A stretch of 63,799 nucleotides of DNA, counting the filler, from Octopus bimaculoides (Eukaryota): NCBI RefSeq assembly GCF_001194135.2. It is 7 parts of 6 records of this genome, joined end to end, with 100 filler letters (N's around TTAATTAATTAA, not from the genome) between each part and the next. Parts side by side here need not be neighbours in the genome. Positions count along the whole stretch, not along the records: positions 38,554 to 49,295 come from NC_068983.1; positions 49,396 to 53,530 come from NC_068984.1; 5 more parts are not named here. One strand, written 5' to 3'. Of this stretch, positions 39,200 to 49,683 are shown in pieces. A program made the position numbers and the translations under genes. The stretch's first letter is position 1. Every line of letters begins with the position of its first letter. A model generated the notes under the pieces. It was not told the DNA's origin and ran no database searches. It was given only the letters and a program-made list of their open reading frames with translations.

Positions 39200-40800
39200 G
39201 ATACATTTACTCCTATCCACTTGGCAAATATTTTATGTTTCGGGTGTAAAATTCTTCAGGTTTCGATTCAAAGAAACACTGACTAACATTTTTGAGCTCT
39301 TCCCTATTAATAAACTGTTTTCCCTCTTAGAAATGCTGTAATAATCGGAAAAGATGAAAGTCATATGGTGCAAGGCTAAGACAGTAAAGAGGGTGAAGTG
39401 TTAACTTCTCAATTTAGTGTAATAATTTTTCCCGAACGACTTGAGCAATATGTCGTCTTGCCTTATCTGTTTCAGGTTGATCAATGATGCACGCTTTTTC
39501 AGCGAATTTTTATACAGGCTTCTAATTGGCGAATACTTCGCATTAGCTGTTTCGCTTTGATTTAACACTTACTCTTTTACTTGTTTCAGTCATTTGACTG
39601 TGGCCATGCTGGAGCACCACCTTTAGTCGAGAAAATCGACCCCAGGACTTATTCTTTGTAAGCCTAGTACTTATTCTATCGGTCTCTTTTTGGCGAACCG
39701 CTAAGTTACGGGGACGTAAACACACCAGCCTCGGTTGTCAAGTGATNNNNNNNNNNNNNNNNNNNNNNNNNNNNNNNNNNNNNNNNNNNNNNNNNNNNNN
39801 NNNNNNNNNNNNNNNNNNNNNNNNNNNNNNNNNNNNNNNNNNNNNNNNNNNNNNNNNNNNNNNNNNNNNNNNNNNNNNNNNNNNNNNNNNNNNNNNNNNN
39901 NNNNNNNNNNNNNNNNNNNNNNNNNNNNNNNNNNNNNNNNNNNNNNNNNNNNNNNNNNNNNNNNNNNNNNNNNNNNNNNNNNNNNNNNNNNNNNNNNNNN
40001 NNNNNNNNNNNNNNNNNNNNNNNNNNNNNNNNNNNNNNNNNNNNNNNNNNNNNNNNNNNNNNNNNNNNNNNNNNNNNNNNNNNNNNNNNNAGACACACAC
40101 ATACATATATACATATATACGACGGGCTTCTTTCAGTTTCCTTCTACCAAATCTACTCACAAGGCTTTGGTCGGCCAGAGGCTATAGTAGAAGACACTTG
40201 CCCAAGGTGCCATGCAGTGGGACTGAACCCCGAACTATATAGTTCGTAGGTAAGCTACTTACCACACTCCCACCAAAACAGAGAATAATTTTCTTTTACG
40301 TGCGTAGTTCTGGTTTTGTGAGTGTTATTCTTTTTCGTAGGCTGCTAACTATTGTCATTTTTGTACGATATGATTATGGAGAGCCTACTTTTCCCCAACT
40401 GTGATGATCCTGCGTAGGAAAGGTTCGGCAACAAGTCTACTCTTTAATGACAGACAGATCGCAACTCTTTGATAAAGCTGAGAAGCAGTCAGATGATGAG
40501 GGATTTGCTGACCTAGTTTAGACTCTTTTCCTAGTTCATAACGGGGTTTTATGATCGAAGTGTGACTTAAATCTAATTATTTTTCATAATTCTAGCGCAG
40601 TTTCCTTTGAATTTTCTTTCACTATAATTTTCAGAAGCTCTGTATTGACAAAATATAGTCGTCCAGATCGAGGAGAATCTGCGAAACAAAATTTCCCAAA
40701 GCCAATCCATCTTTGGCATGTCCGAACATTTAAAGCTTCATTTCCATAGACGGAACGAATATTTCGTGCTGCTTTTATTTGTGAAAAGATCATTTTGAAT
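39200..40800 (-). mobile_element. Decayed mariner transposase, internally deleted and split by a SINE
   Basis: Minus strand AARNIRSVYG...RTCQRW...DSPRSGR; IPHHLT...RVAICLSL...PFLRRIITVGEK; DKARRHITQVVREKL...HPLYCLSLAPYDFHLFRLLQHF; FFESKPEEFY. Confidence 0.88.
39568..40271 (-). mobile_element. SINE family A inserted into the mariner relic
   Basis: 3' half 39568-39746, N gap over the internal microsatellite, 5' half 40091-40271. The empty site gatttaaca^gagaat is visible in the paralogous copy at 43857-43871. Confidence 0.88.
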
Positions 40801-40920
40801 TTTTACAATATGCAGTATTTCATATGAGCCTGATTTAAACTCTTTTTAATCTTGCAAAATCGATACAAATTTAACTATTATGGTATAAACTAAAGAAAAA
40901 AAGAAAATACAATGTAAAAA

Positions 40921-41142
40921 GGCTCATGGGCCGGTTTCCCGGTTTCAATGGCGTATGTGTTCCCCAGCTGGACGGGACGCCAGTCCATCGCAGCGTTACT
41001 CATTTTTGCCAGCTGAGTGAACTGGTGCAACGTGAAATGAAGTGTTTTGCTCAAAAATACAACGCGTCGCCCGGTCCAGGAATCGAAACCACAATCTTAC
41101 GATCGTGGTGCTGACACCCTAACCACTAGGCCAGCGCCTCCA
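40921..41142 (-). mobile_element. tRNA-derived SINE family D
   Basis: Minus strand tggcctagtgg (A box), ggtttcgattcc (B box), ttgagcaaaacacttcatttcacg CORE-like block, then gcgatggactggcgtcccgtccag...gaaaccggg. Confidence 0.8.
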
Positions 41143-41290
41143 CGTATTATATTATAAGTATTTCAAAAGTACACTTAAAGTCATCGTCTCAATAATTTCA
41201 CAGGACTTTCTTTCAGATTAATGACTTGTACAGGTATATGCAGACGGCCTGGAATGAAATTCGTCAATATCTAACACTCATTGCTCTTCA

Positions 41291-41404
<114 letters not shown>

Positions 41405-41651
41405 TTGTAAGAATATTTATCTGCGTACGTATTGGTTTGTTTACGTTAATTTGATCGAGTAAAGCATTCCAAAGTCGTGCCCCAGCATGATTGCAGTCAA
41501 ATGACTGAGACAAACGATATTAAGAACAAAAGCCATTGGTAAGGACAGCAAATAATACACCGTTTTTGTCCATTGTATTAATGGACAAAATATAATCGTG
41601 TCATAGACTACTATGATGTTATTAATTGTAAATGATTTCTCTAATTATCAG

Positions 41652-41917
41652 ATGCGAGAGTCAACAACCTGAAAATAATTGCAGCCCGACACAGGTGAAG
41701 AGTTGCAATATTCTAAGTAACAGCTTATTTAAACCTTGCGTAGACAAAATTGGACAAAATAAACTCAATAGACATTTGGAATCGTGTAAATTTGATGTTT
41801 GCGCATATCTAAAGCAACCAAAACTTCAGTCGGTGTTATGCAAGACACTTGAGTCAATGTCAGATGAATGTGAAGATGCTGGTGTATTTATCGATTGGAG
41901 AAAAACAGCAAAATGTG
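41652..41917 (+). CDS. Exon encoding a C8 domain of a VWD-C8-TIL protein (FCGBP/zonadhesin/alpha-tectorin-like)
   Basis: Acceptor ttatcag|A at 41651/41652 and donor TGTG|gtaag at 41917/41918. Translation CESQQPENNCSPTQVKSCNILSNSLFKPCVDKIGQNKLNRHLESCKFDVCAYLKQPKLQSVLCKTLESMSDECEDAGVFIDWRKTAKC matches C8 spacing (C..L...F..C, SC.FD.C, LC..L....C...G...WR....C). Phase 2 in, phase 1 out. Confidence 0.9.
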
Positions 41918-42754
41918 GTAAGATTTTTATATATTTCTCATTGATTCTGATTACTTACATATATTATATTTAGGGCGCAGTTGTGGCTGTCTGATAAGAA
42001 GTTAGCTTCTCGATCACATTTATGTGTCTTTGTATTTTCGCTTCTATCCTTACCACCATTTGGCAACCAGTGTCCATTTGCTTATATCCTAGTGATCTTG
42101 CGCATGCACAGATTCCAAATACCTTTCAAATATACAGATACGTGAAAAAATAGCCTGTTGAAAAATACTTTGTTGAAATTCCAGTGAAGGAACTTTGGAC
42201 TCAGGTTACAAACCGGCTCTTTTTCTATTGTTAAGAAATCTTGTGGTTCTTGTAGATCGATAAAATACGTACCAAGCTTTGAATAAAATAAGCACTGGTG
42301 TCGTTTTGTTCGACTAAAGCCTTCAGATAAAAAATAGAAACAATAAATTGCCTGTTTGCCTCTAACTGTAAGATTAATATAACATAATCACTTGCATTTG
42401 AATTGAATTTCAGTGAGTTACTCAACATCAGCCTCACTTTCAATCCAGAGGTCAAGTTGAGGTCAAAACGGTTAGAGACAAATCTGCATGCTTTGGATAA
42501 CGAGTAATTCTGTCAAATTGGCATCGTGTTCGCCTATCATATCCACTTATTTATGCTCCTGCATCTTATGTTGCTGACACTGCCAATTTGAACAATATTA
42601 TTGGAAGCTATCGAAATTGTAATGATGTTTGGTCGATAACTGATTATAGATTGAGTCAGTGTTTGTTGTATGTGTTATTCTTGCATAGTTCCGTATGCTT
42701 TTTTGTCACTTTTTGCTATATTATAACAGCTTGTCTTTTATGTTTTACTTTTAG

Positions 42755-42945
42755 AGAAGGAATGCCCATTAAATCAAGAATATAGCCATAAGACGCCTGT
42801 TTGTCAACCAACATGTGTAAATCAAACTCCAAAGTGCACAAAATACACTGAAGGCTGTATTTGTAAATCTGGTTTTATTCTCAGTGGAGAGGAGTGTGTT
42901 CCCAAATCAGAATGTGGTTGCATGAATGATAAAATATATATGACG
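42755..42945 (+). CDS. Exon encoding a TIL (trypsin-inhibitor-like Cys-rich) domain
   Basis: Acceptor ttttacttttag|AG and donor ACG|gtacgt. G+AG from the previous exon gives Glu, then KECPLNQEYSHKTPVCQPTCVNQTPKCTKYTEGCICKSGFILSGEECVPKSECGCMNDKIYMT (63 codons, no stops). Phase 1 in matches the C8 exon; phase 0 out. Confidence 0.92.
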
Positions 42946-43075
42946 GTACGTTTAATATTGTTGAACTTTATAATATACTATGTTAATCAGTTTTTGTAAA
43001 TATTCCTTGATAATACACCTTCAAACTGTTTTGACAGAAATGGCTAAGCTAAATGACAAAAAAATTTCATTAATG

Positions 43076-43425
43076 CAAGCATACTGGCATGGTAAGAAAT
43101 TTGCTTCACAACACATGGCTCTGGGTTCTGTCCCACTGTGTGATACTCTGTCTATATATATGTATATATGACGGTCTTCTATCTCTGTGTGTCTGTCTGT
43201 CTGTCTGTCTGGTTGTCTTTGAGCTTGAGTTTTTGTCTTTCCCCATCATTTATCTACCGCTGTTGGTTTGTTAACGTCACCGTACATAATTGGTTCAGCA
43301 AAAGATAATGATAGAACAAGGACTTTTAAAAAATAGGTACTGGAATCGACTTGCATGACTAAAACACTTCAAGAAAGTGCAACAGCATGGCCGCAGTCAA
43401 ATGACAGGAACTAGTAAAGGAAATA
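43076..43425 (+). mobile_element. SINE family A, diverged
   Basis: Head, CORE-like and 3' cagcatggccgcagtcaaatgac motifs present. Confidence 0.75.
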
Positions 43426-43434
43426 GAAGAGATT

Positions 43435-43890
43435 GGTTCGAAAAAATTTGTGTGAAATTTCCTTAAATCCTGCAAGATATTTTATGTTGCTTTATTCAGT
43501 AGATTGCGATTACCCTTGATATTTGGTAACAAAAGATGGATATTTTAACAAAATCTATTTTATAGTATAGGATTATATCAGTCATCAATCAAAACAGAAA
43601 TATCATTATACAATCGTAGGTGCTTATCCTCAACTAAGGTCGTGAATAAGATGATAGTCATATGGTGCAAGGCTAAGACAGTAAAGAGGGTGAAGTGTTA
43701 ACTTCTCAGTTTAGTGTAATAATTTTTCCCGAACGACTTGAGTAATATGTCGTCTTGCCTTATCTGTTTCAGGTTGATCAATGATGTACGCTTTTTCAGC
43801 GAATTTTTCTACAGGCTTCTAATTGGCGAATACTTCGCATTAGCTGTTTCGCTTTGATTTAACAGAGAATAAATTTCTTTTACGTGTTAT
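43435..43890 (-). mobile_element. Second mariner C-terminal fragment
   Basis: 43651-43864 is nearly identical to 39353-39567. TIR-like gattggttcgaaaaaaatttgtgtg at ~43432-43456. Confidence 0.75.
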
Positions 43891-43904
43891 GACTGAACTA
43901 GTAC

Positions 43905-44158
43905 ATATCTGGTAAGTTCACTGTTATCAATTCGCCGTTGGGAAAGTTTACCGCCATCAATTCAGTTATTTTTCATGTTTTGGGGAGGAGGGATCAATAA
44001 AATAGTTTTTAACTATAAATGGTGAGATACTGTGGATATATTTTCTCAGTAAACTTTCTTCATGGTGAACCTTATTCACGGGGAACTTATGTCGCGGCGA
44101 ACTGATGGCGGTAAACTTTTCCTGCGATGAACTGATGGTGGTGAACTTACCTGTAATC
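43905..44158. mobile_element. MITE with TIRs built from ~15-bp subterminal repeats
   Basis: GGTAAGTTCAC at 43911 and its reverse complement at 44141-44152. Periodic aagtt(c/t)accgccatcaattc units on both arms. Superfamily (Mutator-like?) not established. Confidence 0.55.
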
Positions 44159-44160
44159 GA

Positions 44161-44405
44161 ACGAGTACGACGGCGAATACAAGCGATCGAAATAGTGTTC
44201 TCCTGAAGGGTATCTGGAGTAAAATTACTCGATAGTATGAGTGTGCATTGAAAGGTAACAATTTCAGAAATACGGACAAGTGATGTGAATGTCGTAAGAA
44301 AGAATCGTAAGACAAATTCATCAAACCGGGCCAACAAGCAGAAGACCTAATGGTAGACCAAAATCAAGATGGCTGGATAATATCACTGAAGTGATTAGTA
44401 TAGTT
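44161..44405 (+). mobile_element. RTE-clade LINE C-terminal relic
   Basis: RRIQAIEIVFS*RVSGVKLLD (E.xFLRR.xGV..xD motif) and RRPNGRPKSRWLDNI (R.RGRP..RW.D motif). Confidence 0.65.
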
Positions 44406-45012
44406 TAATATGTAATGTCTGTGACATAATTCTGTCTACCTAGCCAATCAAACTTTAAACCACCGTTTGAATCGATCAAAACTGACAGTAAATAATTAGA
44501 ATACCAATTGTAAATTGCATTTATTATTTGTATAGAATAAGGTGGTAAGCTGGAAGAATCGTTAGCACGTCGAGCGAAAAGCTTGGCGGAATTTCGTCCG
44601 TCTTTACTATCTGAGTTCAAATTCTGCCGAAGTCGACTTCGCCTTTCATCCTTTCGGGGGTCGATGAAATAAGTACCAGTCCCCAAATTTCAGGTCTTGC
44701 GCCTACATTAGAAAGGATTATTCATTTAAAATAGCATCTTTAGTCTAAGCCCATACATTCTTCTCTTACTCCCTCTCTCTCTCTCTTTCCCTCCCTTACT
44801 CTCTCTATCTCTCCCTCTCTTTCTCACACACACACACAAGCTCTCTTTCGCGACTACCAACGTTCCTCTCTTCCTCTGTTTACCTTTAACCATAGATTTA
44901 CTTCATTGCCATTTACACCTACCTTCTAACTCATGCTGACTTTCACTCTGGGGCCAATATTATTGTAATAATAACAATTTTAAGGAAATGAAGGAAATAT
45001 TGTTCACATTTA

Positions 45013-45383
45013 GACGCAGGTATGGCTGTGTGGTAAGAAATTTAATTCCCAACCACATGGTTCCGAGTTTAGTCCCACTGCGTGGCACCTTGTACATAAC
45101 GTCCTCTACTATAGCCTTCGGGGCTGACCAAACCGTTGTAAGTGGATTTGGTAGACTGAAACTGAAAGAAACCTGTCATATATATGTATATGTCTATGTG
45201 TGTCTGTGTTTGTCCCCACCCCGCCACCACCACTTGATAAGTGTTGGTGTGTCACCGTCCTCGTAACGTGGCGGTTCGGCAAAAGTGACCGATAGAATAA
45301 TCCCAAGCTTCGTTCGACTAAAATCCATTCAGGTGGTGTCCCAGCATGGCCGCAGTCTAATGACTGAAACGGGTAAAAAAAAG
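45013..45383 (+). mobile_element. SINE family A
   Basis: gacgcaggtatggctgtgtggtaag ... ccagcatggccgcagtctaatgactgaaac. Confidence 0.85.
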
Positions 45384-46029
45384 TATATAAAGCAAAATTA
45401 ACTTTCAGTTATCACTATTTTATAACTTGCTATTTTTTTTCAGCTCATTTTATTTTGTTCTCACCATGCAAGTATTTCTAATCAGTTCCTTTCAGCTCAC
45501 AATATTGCGCATGTTAACAATTTCATATGGTAAAGGCTGTCGTGAGTAATTAATCTTGAAAATTTTGCCTTCTAGCCACGTGATTTTGGCAATGACTCTG
45601 AAACAACATGGCTGCAATGCGAAATTTCCAAGGCGTCTGCTACTACAGTCTCAGTACGGCAAATAGCTTGTGATTGTATTTGGTAAACGGCTTGCGGCTA
45701 TATGAGCACTCAAAACAATTACTGACGGCATGGTTCGTGATACTAAGTCTTATATGCCAGTGAGTGACAGCTGTATATACGTGTGTGTGTGCGTATGTCT
45801 ATGTGTGTGTGCATACGTAGTGTAGTTTATACTGTAACGTTACAGGCGACAAGTTTCTAACGGAACTCAATGCTGAAGGGCGAGTGTTGTTTATGGTTAT
45901 AGCAGTTGGCCTCCTCACATCTAGTTATTCGATTTTCATGTTCCCGATCATCAGATTGGGTACGTAAATGTATACATCAAATCTCCTGCCCATTAATTGT
46001 TTTGATTTTATGCTTGTAAAAATTTACAG

Positions 46030-46221
46030 ATTAATGAAGAAAGGTATGGACCAAAATGTAACAGTATATCAACATGTAATGGTACAGGACATCTCATACA
46101 TAAGGAAATAAATGGTTGTCCAGATAACAGCAAGTGTAAGATATCTAGAAACAAGGAAGGGTGTTACTGCAATCCAGGCTATTCACTGCATAATGGCGAA
46201 TGCACGCAATTCGGTAAATGA
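46030..46221 (+). CDS. Exon encoding a TILa/EGF-like Cys-rich module following the TIL domain
   Basis: Acceptor aatttacag|ATT, phase 0, matching the TIL exon. Translation INEERYGPKCNSISTCNGTGHLIHKEINGCPDNSKCKISRNKEGCYCNPGYSLHNGECTQF. It then either splices at G|gtaaat (46213/46214) or reads on to GK-stop (TGA 46219-46221); this end is ambiguous. Confidence 0.82.
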   Translation: MNEERYGPKCNSISTCNGTGHLIHKEINGCPDNSKCKISRNKEGCYCNPGYSLHNGECTQFGK

Positions 46222-46470
46222 TGATTATTATTATTTCTCTTTATCACAGGTTTTGTTGGAGCTCCTGGAGTCCTGCATGCGTAGCGGGATAGCTACCTGC
46301 GGCCTACTACTATCCGCTCTTTTCAGCTATCTAATACTTTCCTGATTATTCTGGCCGTGCTAAGGAGACAAAACTTTTGTAACAGTTCTACTGGACACTC
46401 TATTCCAATTTCCTTTATATTTCCTTTGATGCCTTTTGATACTGTTCCCAACGAACCAACAATAATTGGC
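46222..46470 (-). mobile_element. R4/Dong-type LINE 3' end (copy 1 of stack)
   Basis: Minus strand PIIVGSLGTVSKGIKGNIKEIGIECPVELLQKFCLLSTARIIRKVLDS*, then a short 3' UTR and a TAATAATAATCATC tail. Confidence 0.8.
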
Positions 46471-46532
<62 letters not shown>

Positions 46533-46534
46533 TT

Positions 46535-47023
46535 ATGTTTGACTTTTGCTTTGCATTTGTACAAGTTGGATCCAAGTCTCACCCAGAGACCTCAAGAGAC
46601 AACAAGTTAGAAGTTCATGTAGGTGTTATGCCTAGGGTACCATATATTTGGATTTGTACATAGTGTTGTTCTAGAGAATGTTTAAGAAACCATAAGAAAA
46701 TTATGTGTTTGTTTTAAAATTTGAGATCACATAGATAGTATTTTACGTAGGATATGGGCAGTTCCNNNNNNNNNNNNNNNNNNNNNNNNNNNNNNNNNNN
46801 NNNNNNNNNNNNNNNNNNNNNNNNNNNNNNNNNNNNNNNNNNNNNNNNNNNNNNNNNNNNNNNNNNNNNNNNNNNNNNNNNNNNNNNNNNNNNNNNNNNN
46901 NNNNNNNNNNNNNNNNNNNNNNNNNNNNNNNNNNNNNNNNNNNNNNNNNNNNNCACCTATGACAATAGGTATTGTTTTAGTCTTCAGGTTCCACATTTTG
47001 CTAATTTCTATTTCAAGATCTTT
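46535..47023 (-). mobile_element. R4/Dong-type LINE 3' end (copy 2 of stack, interrupted by an N gap)
   Basis: Minus strand KDLEIEISKMWNLKTKTIPIVIG...GTAHILRKILSM*, a ~210-bp 3' UTR, then (TAA)n. Same family as 48590-49215. Confidence 0.85.
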
Positions 47024-47024
47024 A

Positions 47025-47099
<75 letters not shown>

Positions 47100-48360
47100 A
47101 TTGTTCAACAGTTGATAGTTTGAGGAAATGTTTACAGCATCACCTGCTACACTTCCGTGTTGCTGGGGTGTGTACAGCATTGTGTGTTCTTTTCTGCTGT
47201 TGAGAGCGTGCAGACTCTTCCTGGTATTGTATTAGGTTAGTTTTCTTCTTTACTCTTGAAGTGTGGTGCAGTCTTTTGTTGTGTTATTGCTTGTATTGTG
47301 TGTTGAGTGAGTAATGCGTTGGTTATTGGCTTGCTGGTGGGAGTTTATTTCACTGGATAAGTTCTGTATAGAATGTATCTTATGTTTGTGGGTTGCTTTG
47401 TTTAGGTTGTATTATTGAATTGATAGTATCTTGCGTGATATGTTCCTAGCAGGGCTAATTTTTGGATGTGTCGTGTTGAGGATCCAGGTATAGCTTCTAC
47501 GTTTTTGTTCATGTTTTTTTTTCTCATGCCCAATGCTCCAACTATTATTATTTTTACCTTCATGCCCCACATCTTGAATATTTCACTTTCGTGGTTTTTG
47601 CACTTTGACAATTTCTCCATTTCTTTTTGGACAATATTTTGATCAGAAGGGACTGCAATGTCTGGTAGTAAGCAGGTGTTTTTTCCCCCCAATCTTTGAT
47701 TATTATGTCTGGACGATTAGCTTTCAGTTTTTTGTCGGTTTGAAGCGACATATCCCAGATGATTGTGGCCTGGTTGTTGTCTTGTACTTTGTTTGGCACA
47801 TGCTTATACCACCTATTGTCAGTCTTAATGTTGTAACGTTGGCACATTGTCCAGTAGATATAACTACTTACTTTGTCCTGCTTGTATATATATATGTTCA
47901 GACCTGGCAACGACTGGGCTGCACGAGATGATGTGGTCAACTGTCTCATTGTGCTGGTTGTACATTCTGCATTTGGTGTTGGGGCTTGTTTTCATTATTT
48001 TTCTTTTATAATTAAGTTCGGCATTGGTCTTGTGCTGCGAAAATCAGTCCTTCCGCTTCAGCTGTTAGCCCAAAACTTTTGAGCCATTGTTGGCTTTTAT
48101 CTAGGCTCACTTCCTCTCTGTCAAGCCTTACAAGGTATTGGCCATGCAATAAGTTATCTCTCCATTTCTTCTTCAGTGTCTTTTGTAATTCTATTGTTAT
48201 AATGTTCTTTCTTTTTTTTATATATCTCTTTGGCCATTTCTGTTTATGTTGCCATCTGAGGTCAGTGTATCATTGTAGTTTGTTTCTGTTTTATATTTTG
48301 TCGCCTCCTCGTGTATAAAGCGTCTTCTTTTTCTCATGTTGCTTTACAATATGCAGTACT
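47100..48360 (-). mobile_element. R4/Dong-type LINE 3' ~1.3 kb with RLE endonuclease (copy 3 of stack)
   Basis: Minus strand YKQDKVSSYIYWTMCQRY, WYKHVP, IIWDMSLQTDKKLKANRPDIIIKD, CLLPDIAVPSDQNIVQKEMEKLSK, IIVGALG. Frameshifted; (TAA)n tail. Confidence 0.9.
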
Positions 48361-48397
48361 CTTACATTATTATTATTATCATTATTATTATTATTAT

Positions 48398-48465
<68 letters not shown>

Positions 48466-48483
48466 TTTATTATTAGTAGTATT

Positions 48484-48551
<68 letters not shown>

Positions 48552-48589
48552 TGTTGTTACTGTTGCTGTTGTTATTGTTGTCGTTATAA

Positions 48590-49214
48590 GTTTGACTTTT
48601 GCTTTGTATTTGTACAAGTTGACTCCTACTCTCACCCAGAGACCTTAAGAGACAAAAAGTTAGAAGTTCAAGCTGGTTTTATGACTAAGATGTCATATAT
48701 TTGGTTTCGCACATAGTATTGTTCTACAGCATGTTTAAGAAAACATAAGAAAATCATTAGTTTGGTTTAAAATTTGAGATTACATAGACAGTATATTACG
48801 TAGGATATGGGCAGTTCCCATGAGCACTATCTTTTGAACTTCTACCATTTTCAGGTTTCCTGGTATCTGAGCTAGGTAGCATTCAACCCCTTTTGCTATC
48901 AGTCCTAGGGCACATATGCAGCAGGTATTGTTTTAGTCTTGAGGTTCCACATTTTGCTAATTTCTATTTCAAGATCTTTATATTTGCTCAGTTTTTGGTA
49001 GGTCTTGACAGATACATTTTTGTCGATTGGGACAGTTATATCAATGAGGAGGCAGGATTTTTGAAGTTTTTCAATACGATGTCTGGCCTACTCCCATCTA
49101 TCTTTCTGTCAGTTTGAATGCTGAAGATCCAGAGGAGTGAAATGTGATTATTTTCAAGCACTGGAGGTGGTTTGTGTTCCCACCAGTTTTTATCAGGGTG
49201 CAGGTCCAGATTTA

Positions 49215-49215
<1 letters not shown>
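48590..49215 (-). mobile_element. R4/Dong-type LINE 3' end (copy 4 of stack)
   Basis: Minus strand WWEHKPPPVLENNHISLLWIFSIQTDRKIDGSRPDIV, CLLIDITVPIDKNVSVKTYQKLSKYKDLEIEISKMW, VQKIVLMGTAHILRNILSM*. Confidence 0.9.
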
Positions 49216-49295
<80 letters not shown>

Positions 49296-49485
49296 NNNNN
49301 NNNNNNNNNNNNNNNNNNNNNNNNNNNNNNNNNNNNNNNTTAATTAATTAANNNNNNNNNNNNNNNNNNNNNNNNNNNNNNNNNNNNNNNNNNNNATATA
49401 TATATATACATATATATATATATACATATATACATACATATATATGCATACATACATACATATACATATATACATATACATACAC

Positions 49486-49683
49486 GCGAAATGCTTAGCG
49501 GTATTTCGTCTGCCGCTACGTTCTGAGTTCAAATTCCGCCGAGGTCGACTTTGCCTTTCATCTTTCGGGGTCGATTAAATAAGTACCAGTTACGCACTGG
49601 GGTTGATATAATCGACTTAATCCGTTTGTCTGTCCTTGTTTGTCCCCTCTGTGTGTAGCCCCTTGTGGGTAGTAAAGAAATAA
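49486..49683 (+). mobile_element. SINE family B, young 5'-truncated copy
   Basis: Almost identical to 32483-32680; all CpGs retained. Confidence 0.88.

Noticed and set aside
45585-45690. Exon candidate PRDFGNDSETTWLQCEISK...
   Set aside because: Ends in phase 2, incompatible with the neighbouring exons; not recognisable.
45846-45959. Open hydrophobic exon candidate (DKFLTELNAEGRVLFMVIAVGLL...) with AG/GT ends
   Set aside because: Phase 1/1 does not fit between the phase-0 TIL donor and phase-0 acceptor at 46030; no homology recognised.
46214-46284. 36-nt intron plus terminal exon GFVGAPGVLHA*
   Set aside because: The intron is implausibly short and the putative exon is the antisense 3' UTR of an R4/Dong element.
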